The translations under genes and the position numbers were made by a program. Below are positions 1 through 11,600 of a stretch of DNA of 64,000 nt, in pieces. Origin of the DNA: Octopus vulgaris. Its lineage: Eukaryota. The stretch lies in contig OX597814.1 of assembly GCA_951406725.2 (NCBI GenBank), forward strand, positions 146,816,001 through 146,880,000, written 5' to 3'. Each line of letters starts with the position of its first letter. The stretch's first letter is position 1. The notes under the pieces were generated by a model. It had not been told where the DNA came from. It did not search any database and worked only from the letters and a program-made list of their open reading frames with translations.

Positions 1-49
1 AATACTGAGGGCATAGCCAGTGAAATAAACCTGGAATAACGAAATCAAC

Positions 50-94
50 AAAGATAGAGTGAATCTCGCTTAAACTCTAAATAAAATACATACA

Positions 95-146
<52 letters not shown>

Positions 147-154
147 ATGTCTAG

Positions 155-198
<44 letters not shown>

Positions 199-206
199 AT
201 GTCTAG

Positions 207-254
<48 letters not shown>

Positions 255-302
255 ATGTATATGTATTTTATTTAGAGTTTAAGCGAGATTCACTTCATCT
301 TT
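50..302. repeat. 43-bp inverted repeat flanking a compound (TA)n tract
   Basis: 50-92 AAAGATAGAGTGAATCTCGCTTAAACTCTAAATAAAATACATA is the near-perfect reverse complement of 260-302. The spacer is (TA)n with a repeated ATGTCTAGCG unit. Confidence 0.9.
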
Positions 303-1044
303 ATATACATATGTGCACTATTAACCTTTCTGTCCCCCTCCCTCTCTCATTATTCATTCTTTCTGGTTTCCTTTTCTTCTAACCTTACTGTCCCTCTTTC
401 TCTCTCATTCTTCATTTTTCTGCTTTTCTCTACAACCATCCCCTTTTTTCTCTCCCTTTCTCTAACTCCTCCTCCCTCCCGTCACTGACACGTTACCAGA
501 GGTCCTTTGCCTTTCTCACTACTACTTCCAACAAGTGTAGACGGCTTTCTCTGTCCCTCTCAAGCCGTTTTCAAAGCGTTCAAAATAATTTTTCCTTCGT
601 TCAGGCTTAACAGCCCTTAATGTTTGTGTTACTGTTATTCTTCTTGTCCTGTCTTTTACTGTTTTTATTTGTATTGTCTTTACTGTCCTGTTTTTGTTAC
701 CACTTTTCCCACTCCGCAAAAAATTCTATTTAATTTGTTTTGCGGGAAGGAGTGTTTCAACGGAGTCGTGTCTCGCCTTTACCTTCGAAGCACGGAGTAG
801 ATAAAACAGAGGCAACTGAAGAAGGGGAATTTTCCTTGTGTTGTATGTCTTGTGCTCTGTTTCTTCGTTGTTTAAAAAAATGTCCGTTTCCTTGGTTTTG
901 TTTTTATGTTTTCGTTTCTCATTCTGTTCGAGGCTTTTTTTATTTTTGGTGTCCTGTACCAATATATGCATGTATATATACATATAGATGTAGGTACGTA
1001 CATATATGTATGTATATATGTATATGTTTTATTTATTATTTTGT

Positions 1045-1082
<38 letters not shown>

Positions 1083-1597
1083 TCCTGTGCGCATATTTTG
1101 TGTGCGTGTTTATTCATTGCTAAATATAAAAAAAATTATAGAATCAGCTGTTTGAGGAGAGATCCACAGTTAAATTTTGGCAACAAAGTTTCAAAATTCT
1201 TTGATGGGATGGTTTTATATAATTGAAGGTTATTTGATAGCTTCCTTAACATTTTGCTCTAATTAATTAGGAAAAAATGACATGTCGCTATCCTTTGTTT
1301 AAGAACAAATAATTAATCTATATCAAGTGAGTTCACGTGTGTTACACACATGGAATTACTAAAAAGCTACTTTCAGTGAAGTGCTATTTCAAGCAGAAGT
1401 AATTAATATCTAAATCACTAAAATGCATGCAGTGGCGGTTAATGACTTAAATATTGTATTCATATTTTAATTAACTAATAGAATGAATTCATAGTCGGAA
1501 AGAAATATTCCAAATATTATAGCTTTTGAATACCAAATTGCATTCATAATTGATGAAAATAGCATAAACTGCAGGTTACTTCAAAATGTTATAGAGA

Positions 1598-1662
<65 letters not shown>

Positions 1663-1669
1663 TTTTATG

Positions 1670-1719
<50 letters not shown>

Positions 1720-1741
1720 TGTATATATATATATGTATGTA

Positions 1742-1783
<42 letters not shown>

Positions 1784-2456
1784 TACACACACATATATAC
1801 ATATATTAATGCATATCATGACTTATAGGAGTGTGTGGATGTGTGTGTGTTTGAGAGAGCTCGCGTGTCTGGGGATGTGGCATTTAACGAAGCACTTTAC
1901 GAAAGGAGAGAATGAATAGATAAATGGAAATCATGGATCGAAATCCCCATTCACAATGGACATTTGATAGATTTTATTGGAAAGCAGGCTTATGTAATTG
2001 CCTAATGGGGCGGTCTTGTATTTGCGAGTGCATGATTTGTATTAGAATATTAGTCAAATAATGGAGTAATTAGGCTAGTCCAGCTGTGTATTATATTTTA
2101 TAAATATATTTTTCGACAAATAACGACTCCATTGAAGATACCTCTTCCGCTTCACACCATGACCATTTCTGATGCTATTTATTCCTGATACATTATCGAT
2201 TTAGACAACAATTAGAAACTGACATTTTTATAGTCATTACACAAATGAAGTTGAAAACTATTAATGATTCTTGTGAATCATGTAAAGAATGAGACGAATT
2301 TTTTCGGTCCGAAAGAAAATACATAATCGTATGTAACACAACTGTACTAGATATTTGTCTGAATGCCTTTAACTTTTTACGCTTCACTGATATTCTGCTT
2401 GTTAGGAAATAAATCAGACCTGGCATTCAGGTCTTTCTCAAAGATACAAGTAAACG

Positions 2457-2518
2457 ACGGTGCATCAGCATGGCCGCAGCCCTGAGCTGAAGAAAAAAAC
2501 AAAAACAAAAAAAAAACA
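2457..2518 (+). mobile_element. Isolated 3' tail of the CR1-type LINE / family-A SINE
   Basis: CGGTGCATCAGCATGGCCGCAGCCCTGAGCTGAA followed by an A-rich tail. Matches the LINE 3' end at 8244-8292 (- strand). Confidence 0.75.
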
Positions 2519-2583
2519 TTCATTGCTGTCATCATCGTAATTAAATATGACTCAGTCTTTATCGTTTATCTGCAATCTTTAAT

Positions 2584-3018
2584 CTTTTACTTGTTTCAGT
2601 CATGAGGCTGCGGCCATGCTGGGGCACCAACTCGAAGAGCCTTTAGTCCAGCGAATCCATCCCAGTATAACTTTTAGTCCTGGAACTTATTCTATACGTC
2701 TCTTTAGCCGAACTGCTAATTTAAGGAGACGTATACAAAACAACACTGCTGTCAAGAGATGGCAGGAAACACACACACACGCACACACACACACACACAA
2801 ACACAGACAGACACACACACACACCACACACACCACAAATACATACACATATACAACGGAGGTCTTTTAGTTTAAAATCTACCAAATCCACTCACAACGT
2901 TTTGTTCGGTTTAAAGTGATAGCAGAAGACTCGTGCCGAAGGTGTCATACTATGAGAAGAAACTCTGCACCATGTGAGTAGAAAGCATACTGCTTACTAC
3001 ACAGCTACGCCTGCGCCT
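2584..3018 (-). mobile_element. tRNA-derived SINE, family A, diverged full-length copy
   Basis: Colinear with the copies at 10596-10994 and 22705-23121: AGGCGCAGG..GGCTGTGT head, expanded internal (CA)n, and CAGCATGGCCGCAG..CTGAAACAAGTAAAAG tail. Confidence 0.85.
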
Positions 3019-3693
3019 ACCGACATATTCAGGTCTCTGTGAGAGCCGAAACCATTCCTTCTGACTGAACGCCAGATGTATTACTGATAATTTAGAAATA
3101 ACTTTGCAGCGAACCATTTGTCAATGGCAATCGTTTAGTTGTATTTCGTGATGTATATATATTGAGACTGCGCAATATTTTCTCGTTAGTTTTACATATT
3201 ATGAAGTGCTATATTATTATTCTGCTTGTGTACCTGTTCTGTCTGTGTGTTCCGTTTACGCCAAGTCAGATAATAACTATAATGGAGCTATTATCTCTCT
3301 ATATATTAGGTATATATAGGGAGAAATTTTAAAAGAGAGTGAGATAAAGAGAGCGATAAAGAGAGAGAGAGAAAGAGGAAGCTAGATTATTCTGCATTTG
3401 TGTGATCAAATCGCAGCCACAGTCGAATTGCTTAACGTAATGAATCAATTCCATGAAGACTTATAAATTTATGTATTAAAACATACCGATAGATAGTCAC
3501 ATTAGAGTGGAATGACCTTAGTTATCAACTAGATGGGAACGTTACACTGTTACTTTTACTTGTTCCAGACTAAAGGTTGTCACCATGCTGGGGCACTGCC
3601 ATTATTTCTTAATTTAGTTATTTGGCTTTATTCATTATCAGTATTATCAGGGTGGACAGATATATACAATTGCCGAAAGGATATTTTGATAGC

Positions 3694-3866
<173 letters not shown>

Positions 3867-4179
3867 CGGAGAGGTACTTGCATACCAAGTGGCCTGATCC
3901 GAGATCGTGTGCTGAAACAAAAACAATTGCAACGTGGAAGGTGTTTATAAGCCATTTAAGAACACACAAAAACCGTTCGGTTCACTTCAACATTAAAATT
4001 TAATTTGCCAAAATATATTCGTTGCTTAGCATTTTAATTCGTCCTTTATTTCTTTAAAGTATAATGCACTTCAGAAGCTGTCAAACATATAAAACAAAGC
4101 GAATAAGCAATAACTTCTAAGTTAATTTCAGTTATACATATTTCGAAGTATAGTCCTGATTAAATGTATATAAATATAA

Positions 4180-4396
<217 letters not shown>

Positions 4397-4404
4397 TCTA
4401 TGAC

Positions 4405-5986
4405 TTGGCCGACCAATTCCCGGACATCTGCGGCGGTCTGTATCGAGACTATTGTCTACTTTACCTACAGAATGCTCCTAACAATATCATACAGAAGACT
4501 AAAAACAGATTAGCTAGATTTTTTAGCAGAATGGGCTTGACCATAGTTTTCGACGACGAATTAACTAAAGCCAACTTCTTAGATGTTACCCTAAATCTGC
4601 AGAATAATTATTACTTCTCTTATCATAAACCTTCTACTAATCTTAAATATATCAGCATTTTCAGTAACCATGCCAAAACTAATTCCGATAATTTTGTTAA
4701 AAATATATCCTTAAGACTATCAAATTTATCTGCTAATGTCGACATCTTTAACCAAAAAGCAGAATTTTATAACGCCGCCTTGTCAAAAGCCGGCTATAAA
4801 GATAAGGTATCATATATCGACCCAGCCCATTCTAAACCGATATATGCTTCTCAAGATAAGAAAGTTAATAATAATAGAAATAATGATTTCAGCTCTAACA
4901 ACGTCGGCACCACTATACTTAACAAAAATAATTTACGGACCAGGGGAGGCAATCGTAAACCAGCACCAATTCTCCAACACAGAAATACTCCCTTTAATGA
5001 AAATGTTAACACTCTGAACTATTCTAAGTCCTTTCGGGAAACAAATCACGTCTAACCTCCCTTTACAGTTCCGTCAAGCCGTAGCTAGAAACTTTCCCAG
5101 GGATTCTAGGTATTACTCTACTATTAACTCGCATAAGGTAAGGATTGCATTCTCCAACACTAGTAATCTATCGTAGATCATTGCCTCCCATAATAACAAG
5201 CTGCTAAATAAGGACTCATCACCCGAGAGTAGCAACACTGCCCTTTCCAATTCCAACCAAACATACAATAATAATAATAATAGAAATAGTATTGATAATA
5301 GCAACATTCATAGCAGCGTTGGCATTAACAATAGTAATATTAATAATAATATTAGTCGGATTATTAACAGTGATAGTGTTAGTGGTAATAACGACAGCAT
5401 TTATAATAACAGTGGTAGTATTGATGATAACAACCCCAACATTCCTATAGTCAGGGAAATTACCGACGATAATACAATTAATAGTAATGATAATAATATG
5501 AATAGTATTGTGGTCAATGCTAGCAATAATATTAACACCAATCATAACAATAAAAACTCCGTCTTAGTCTCGGAGGTAAACCCTAACAGATTAAAATTCT
5601 TATCCAGCAATTCCAAAATTAGAAATTCCATTTACCAGTGCAAAATTTCTTCAGGTACCGATGTCTTCTACATAGGGGCAACTACTTCTAAATTAACCCA
5701 CAGGATCTCCAACCATATTTCAACTTTCCGACATAAGAGAAAACAACACAGCACAGGACTAAGTAGAATAGTTTGGCCTCTTAAGGACAGTAATACAACT
5801 TTCAAGATGGAATGGTCCATATTGTCTGTATCCTTTCCGTTTGATAACAGCAGAAAATGTTGTGGCGTCTGTAATTCCGAACTTTTCCATATTTTGTTCG
5901 CCAAAGTTCCTTTAATAAATACAATGGTCGAGAAATCCTTTAGATGCATGCACTGGCAAAAACACACTTTTCACTCATATGAATAA
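4405..5986 (+). pseudogene. Disrupted Penelope RT-GIY-YIG ORF
   Basis: ORFs 4405-5055 and 5498-5986 are joined by a frameshift or deletion near 5050-5075 and one TAG near 5174. The 5498 frame is open from about 5177. Confidence 0.85.
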
Positions 5987-6551
5987 TGATTAATATAGAT
6001 AACCTCCTTGAATTTTAATAATATAGTCCCATTTATATATCACCCCCATAGTCAATTTTTATACTCTTAAAGAACTACTACCCAACCCATTGAGGTGTGT
6101 TTTTCCTTTATCTCTCTAACTCGTCCTCCTCTCTCTCTCTCTTTCCCTCTCTCTATCGTAAGCACAATCAACCACGCAGACTCAAACCTGTCACTTCACC
6201 ACTATCTGTTCTTAGCATCTACCCATCCACACACACAATCGCTCACACACATACACACACATAGCCATTAATGCAGTTATATACATACACACATATAGGC
6301 ACTCATTCACAAAAGAAAACAACAAAATCACCATTCATTTGACCTGCACCCTTTTACCTTCCTATTCTTAGATCTCTCCTACAACCTTGTTTGAACCCTT
6401 GAACCTTCTAGAATCTTATACATTCAACCATTTTTGACGTCACTGCTTATAACGGAATATTTTAAAGAAACCCTCATTATCGCTATGGGCTCCGTGTGGG
6501 CAGTCATCTAAAAAATTTTGTGCATCTTGATGCTGACATAAGTTCCTTACG

Positions 6552-6632
6552 TTTCCTGATGAGAAGGCGGCATTATGCACCCCTTATTCCTTCGAAATTA
6601 GGAATATGCAGCCTTCGAAACATATGTCGAAA
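6552..6632 (+). ncRNA. Type I hammerhead ribozyme (Penelope-type, palindromic stem III)
   Basis: TTTC-CTGATGA-GAAGGC...GCCTTC-GAAA-CATATG-TC^GAAA. Intact core, stem I TTTC/GAAA, stem II GAAGGC/GCCTTC, palindromic stem III ACATATGT, GUC cleavage triplet ending at 6628. Confidence 0.85.
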
Positions 6633-6835
6633 ATAAAATAAAGGAATTTTGTTAATTCGTCGTTCAACTCCATTATTTCATTATTTGTATTAAAAAAAAC
6701 ACACATATTTACACACGATATCACGTGATCTCTGCCCTAGGCATGTAGCTTCAAGCGTGTTTTTCTGACGTGAATTTGCTACCCAGGTATCGGTTAACCG
6801 AATTATCCATAATAAGACAATTCATTCAACTACTC

Positions 6836-6890
<55 letters not shown>

Positions 6891-6917
6891 TTTTCAAATA
6901 TACTGATTTACACCGTA

Positions 6918-6968
<51 letters not shown>

Positions 6969-7708
6969 CACCGTAGAATTTCCAGAGTTCCGCTAGTCCT
7001 GTATTATTTATATTTGTAGATACACATAAATGATCGAAATAGAAATGTAATATACATTTCTTGTTTAACCGACGGACCCGACTTTGAGATTCTGTCCAAT
7101 CTGTGCGTGACATTCTTTTGCCTTTTCTTCTCTTCCATTGAAATTTAGTCGTAGACCGGACAGGCCGGTTGATTGTTGTCTTTGAGACTTAGTACGATAT
7201 CCGTGTCTTTTCATGTATAAGTTAAATAACGACGATGCAAAGCTGAGTTTGTTATTTTGTCTAGTCTCAAAGGAATGTTTTGTTTTAGCAGGTGCGGAGA
7301 CGGTGAGCAGTTAAGGATGTTTATGTTTTAGAGTTTTAAGGTAACGCTCTTGTGGTACAGTGATGAACGATATACGACTCTGGCAGACAAATGTAATTGA
7401 AATGTTGAATTCTTTTACAGCAAACTATAATCTTGTAAATCGCAATTATGTTTTGCATTCTCAGGCATAATCTGATAGGATTATGCTGTGCGAATTCAGA
7501 GAAAAATGTAAATAAACTTCTGACATATTACTAAAACAACAAAAATGTAAGCACATAATATAGACTTCTTCTCTCTTCGAATTTCACACTTTATGTTCAT
7601 TTTCTTTATAACGTTTGACACAAAATTTATCTGTAGGAATGGCTAAAAGTTTATTTCTTACAATATTCATAGCAGACATACTATTCTTTTTTCCTGGATA
7701 AAATGCGA

Positions 7709-8034
<326 letters not shown>

Positions 8035-8243
8035 TATTATTTATACATTATATCTATTTATTCAAATTCAAATTAATATGAAATTATGTATTAATGGAAA
8101 ACATCTGTAAATGGATGATGATTGCTCAACATTTTAAAACTGTTGTAATACTTATAATATTTAATAAAATGATATAGCGTGAAATGATCGTACCAAATTA
8201 CCGAAGATATTCTTGTTGCTTATTTTAATTATATATATATATT

Positions 8244-9218
8244 TTTTTTCTCTAGTTTCAGCTCAAAGCTGCGGCCATGCTGATGCACCACCGTTTTGTG
8301 CTACACTGTTATTGCGAAGTATCTCGTCTAATATGTGGCACTTGGTGAAGAGTGGAGTTTGATATAGCTACTCTCATTTGCACCTCTTGTAGTGAGGTAG
8401 GTTCATCTGGGACTCTCGACAGGAAGATGTCCACCTTTGATTTAAAACCCGCTACATCTACTTTGTGCAAGTTCCTCAGACTCTTTCGGAGAATATTAAA
8501 AAGCTGTGGGCCCTTGAAACCCAGGCTGTTGCAGAAGCTGGTCCTGAAGCGTGATGGCATTGCTGGGATCTTTGGCACTATGCAGTGTCGTCCCGTTCTA
8601 GCATTGGTGTAGCTTACAATGCCAAAATTTGGCACAATTCCTTCCAGGGTCTTCCAGATATATATTACTGCATACCTCTCCCGTCTTCTCTCCAGGGAGT
8701 AGAGTCTTAGCTGTTTCAACCTTTCCCAGTAGCCGAGCTGTTGCAAAGAGACGATCTTCTTTGTGAATCTTCTCTGGATTGCTTCAAGGTCCGCTGTTAA
8801 TTTTACACTGGTGGGTGACCATAGCTGTGAGCAGTAATCCAGGCGGTTGAGGACGAATGTCCGCCAGAGGACCATCATCGTTTCCTTATCTCTGGTTCCG
8901 AATATTCTTAGGATCCACACAGCCAGTCATCTGCACTTTGTCACCATCCTGGTAATGTGCACTTGGAAAGAGGTATCATCACTTATGACGATACCCAGGT
9001 CCCTCACAGACTTAGGCTCTGGGATTGAAATTCCATGTGGACTGGTGTATCCTGAAGTTTAATATTCAGTTTTGGATGCTGGTAGCGCAGGGCCTGGAAT
9101 TTTTCAGCATTAAACTGCATATTATCCTCAGCCTATCTGTAGATTGAGTCCAACTCCTGCTGCAGGTGTGCAACATCGCTGGGGTTCTGTATTTTCTGCG
9201 AGACTTTCGTATCGTCTG

Positions 9219-9220
<2 letters not shown>
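8244..9220 (-). mobile_element. 5'-truncated CR1/L2-group LINE (RT C-terminus + 3' UTR)
   Basis: Begins at ADDTKV (rc of about 9200-9219). ORF 8309-8920 reads LDYCSQLWSP..LEAIQRRFTK..YWERLKQLRLYSLERRRER, typical of a CR1-group RT C-terminus. A short 3' UTR has a stem-loop and an A-rich tail. Confidence 0.9.
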
Positions 9221-9253
<33 letters not shown>

Positions 9254-9485
9254 GTATAAGGATGGTATTATTTAAATATCATCCGTACACGCAAATTAAT
9301 AAAATATACACATACAATATTAGATTGTTATTGTTCACTGATATTTTCTTATATGTCTGTAATAGATTTGTGAATATTCGGTGGTACAGAAGTATTTTTT
9401 GACTTCAATCATTAGCGATATAGGTACTCATGTAGTACCCTTGTGTATATATGTACATATCCAGTACTGTATGTATATATTTTAT

Positions 9486-9549
<64 letters not shown>

Positions 9550-9551
9550 AT

Positions 9552-10570
9552 ATATATATATATATAACTGAGAATGTGTGTCTCTCTGACTGTCAGTCTG
9601 TTTCCCTCAAACTTGAGAACTACGCAACCAATTTCATTCAAATTTTACACATGCCTTACTTAGAGTCCATGTAGGTTCATGGGCAAAAAAATGTTCAGCT
9701 TCTTGCCTAGGGCGAGCCCTTAGCAATATCATATCTTCACTATTTCAGTATTACATGTTAAATGTGAAACAAAAACATTTTTCTATTTTATGTCAGATAC
9801 TTTCACTTTAACAATAAAAATTAGAGATAATAATAACAATTGAATTATATGTAGTAAGTAATAATTAAAATCAAGCTAAAGTATAATATAAGTAAAAATA
9901 GCAATTGGTATAAAATTGCATCAATGACTTGAACTTGAATAAGTGGTTTCACATGAATGGGAATAAATTAAAAATAAAATTAGCGTGCAGAAATGGAATA
10001 GTCCAGATGGATAATAAAAAATTAAATTTAAAAAAAGACTATTGTCTATAAATTATACAATGTAGAGAAAAAAGATTTGAACACCTGGAGGAAAGTACCA
10101 TCGAAAAGTATCTTGGTGCGACTATGAAAGCTATTTAACCAGAGGCGGTAAATTCGCCACAATAGAAGCAACGTTCGAGTCAAGGGAGTACTCGACTCGA
10201 ACTTGCAAAGTGCAAATATTCTATTATAAGCTTTATATCTGGGACGTAGGACGTCCCGGAAAAAAATTAAAATGTCCCCCTCCCTAGCAGTAGAGATGGG
10301 CTGGATTGTAGCCACACTTCTATACAAGGGGGAGGACTAGATACAATTGATCGAAATTGCAAGAGACGGGCTGTTATATATTCCAGTCTGTTATATATTT
10401 TGAGTATTGTTATCACTAGCGATATCAAGATATAACTTTGTATTTTGTATTTTATGTGTAGATGTATATATATATATATATGTAGATGTACATGTAATAT
10501 GTACACATATATACACACATATATACATGTACTAGCACTATGACCTGGCAACGACTGGTCATAATGCTAG
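9552..10570 (+). mobile_element. Non-autonomous Helitron-like element
   Basis: The 3' end has an imperfect hairpin GACCTGGCAACGACTGGTC (10542-10560) followed by CTAG|T (10567-10570). The 5' end has TATATATAA, a GTCT-like microsatellite and an ACCAATTTCATTCAAATTTT motif. The 5' boundary is uncertain. Confidence 0.65.
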
Positions 10571-10595
10571 TATATATATATATATATATATATAC

Positions 10596-10991
10596 TCTTT
10601 TACTCTTTAACTTGTTTCAGTCATGTGACTGCGGCCATGCTGGAGCACCCCCTTTAGTCGAGCAAATCGACCCCGGGACTTATTCTTTGTAAGCCCAGTA
10701 CTTATTCTATCGGTCTCTTTTGCCGAACCGCAAAGTGACGGGGACGTAAACACATCAGCATCGGTTGTCAAGCAATGCTAGGGGGACAAACACAGCCAGG
10801 CCTATATATATATATACACACACATATATTCGACAGGCTTCTTTCAGTTTCCATCTACCAAATCCACTCACAAGGCATTGGTCGGCCCGGGGCTATAGCA
10901 GAAGACACTTACCCAAGATGCCACGCAGTGGGACTCAACCCGGAACCATGTGGTTGGTAAACAAGCTACTTACCACACAGCCACTCCTGCG

Positions 10992-10994
<3 letters not shown>
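10596..10994 (-). mobile_element. tRNA-derived SINE, family A, young full-length copy inserted in (TA)n
   Basis: On the - strand: A-box TGGCTGTGTGG, B-box GGTTGAGTCC, CORE-like CTTGGGTAAGTG, and a (GTAAAAGA)n tail. Highly similar to 22705-23121. Confidence 0.92.
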
Positions 10995-11042
<48 letters not shown>

Positions 11043-11299
11043 CTTCGTCTTCAATCACATATCTGACTCACCGGCTACGACCTCAGATGACCATTCAATT
11101 CCGCTGCAAATCTGCATGTCTTGTGGCATAATATTAAGTTGTAAATTATTCATAACGTAAGTTGTAACTTACTGTGTACTCCTTAGATGTTCATTCTACC
11201 TGCGTTTCTAATATTCTCTCTCCATTTGATTTTCACCAAGGGAATGACAAATGATGTCACCATAAGGTATAACTGTTCGCCATTAGTTTCTTGTGATAA

Positions 11300-11600
11300 A
11301 CGTTTGAAAAACACGAGTACCACTCTTTGAGTCTCTGTGACTAGCATCTTGTGACAAGTGGGCTAATGATGATTAGAAATCAAGTGAAACCTCAGGTATT
11401 TCAACATAGAGCGCCTCTCCTAGAAGAATGCTGTGACAACAGCTAGTGGTCACTCCTGAAGGTTGTACTGCGTTGCCTGAGACAAACCAAGTGTAAATCT
11501 CAGTCCTAACACTTAGATGGACTGCCATCAAAATGCCATCACATACGATAGTTAATCCAGCTGACATGTGCCACTCCGGCCGGTCAGGGTAGAACTGAAA
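11300..11600 (-). mobile_element. Possible decayed LINE APE-endonuclease remnant
   Basis: Frameshifted traces on the - strand: GTCQLD*, WQS, SDH*LL. Confidence 0.3.

Larger units (their letters stand above)
4400..6840 (+). mobile_element. 5'-truncated Penelope-like retroelement (RT + C-terminal GIY-YIG endonuclease + 3' pseudo-LTR with hammerhead)
   Basis: RT motifs GLYRDY (YxDD mutated), NFLDVTLNL, YHKP..YI...SNH; thumb segment NFP..INSHKVRIAFS..IIASHN; endonuclease SIY...FYIGAT...RISNH...STGLS..W.LK...WSIL...CCGVC...CMH. A long 3' UTR carries a hammerhead and AATAAA. Both ends abut microsatellites. Confidence 0.9.
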
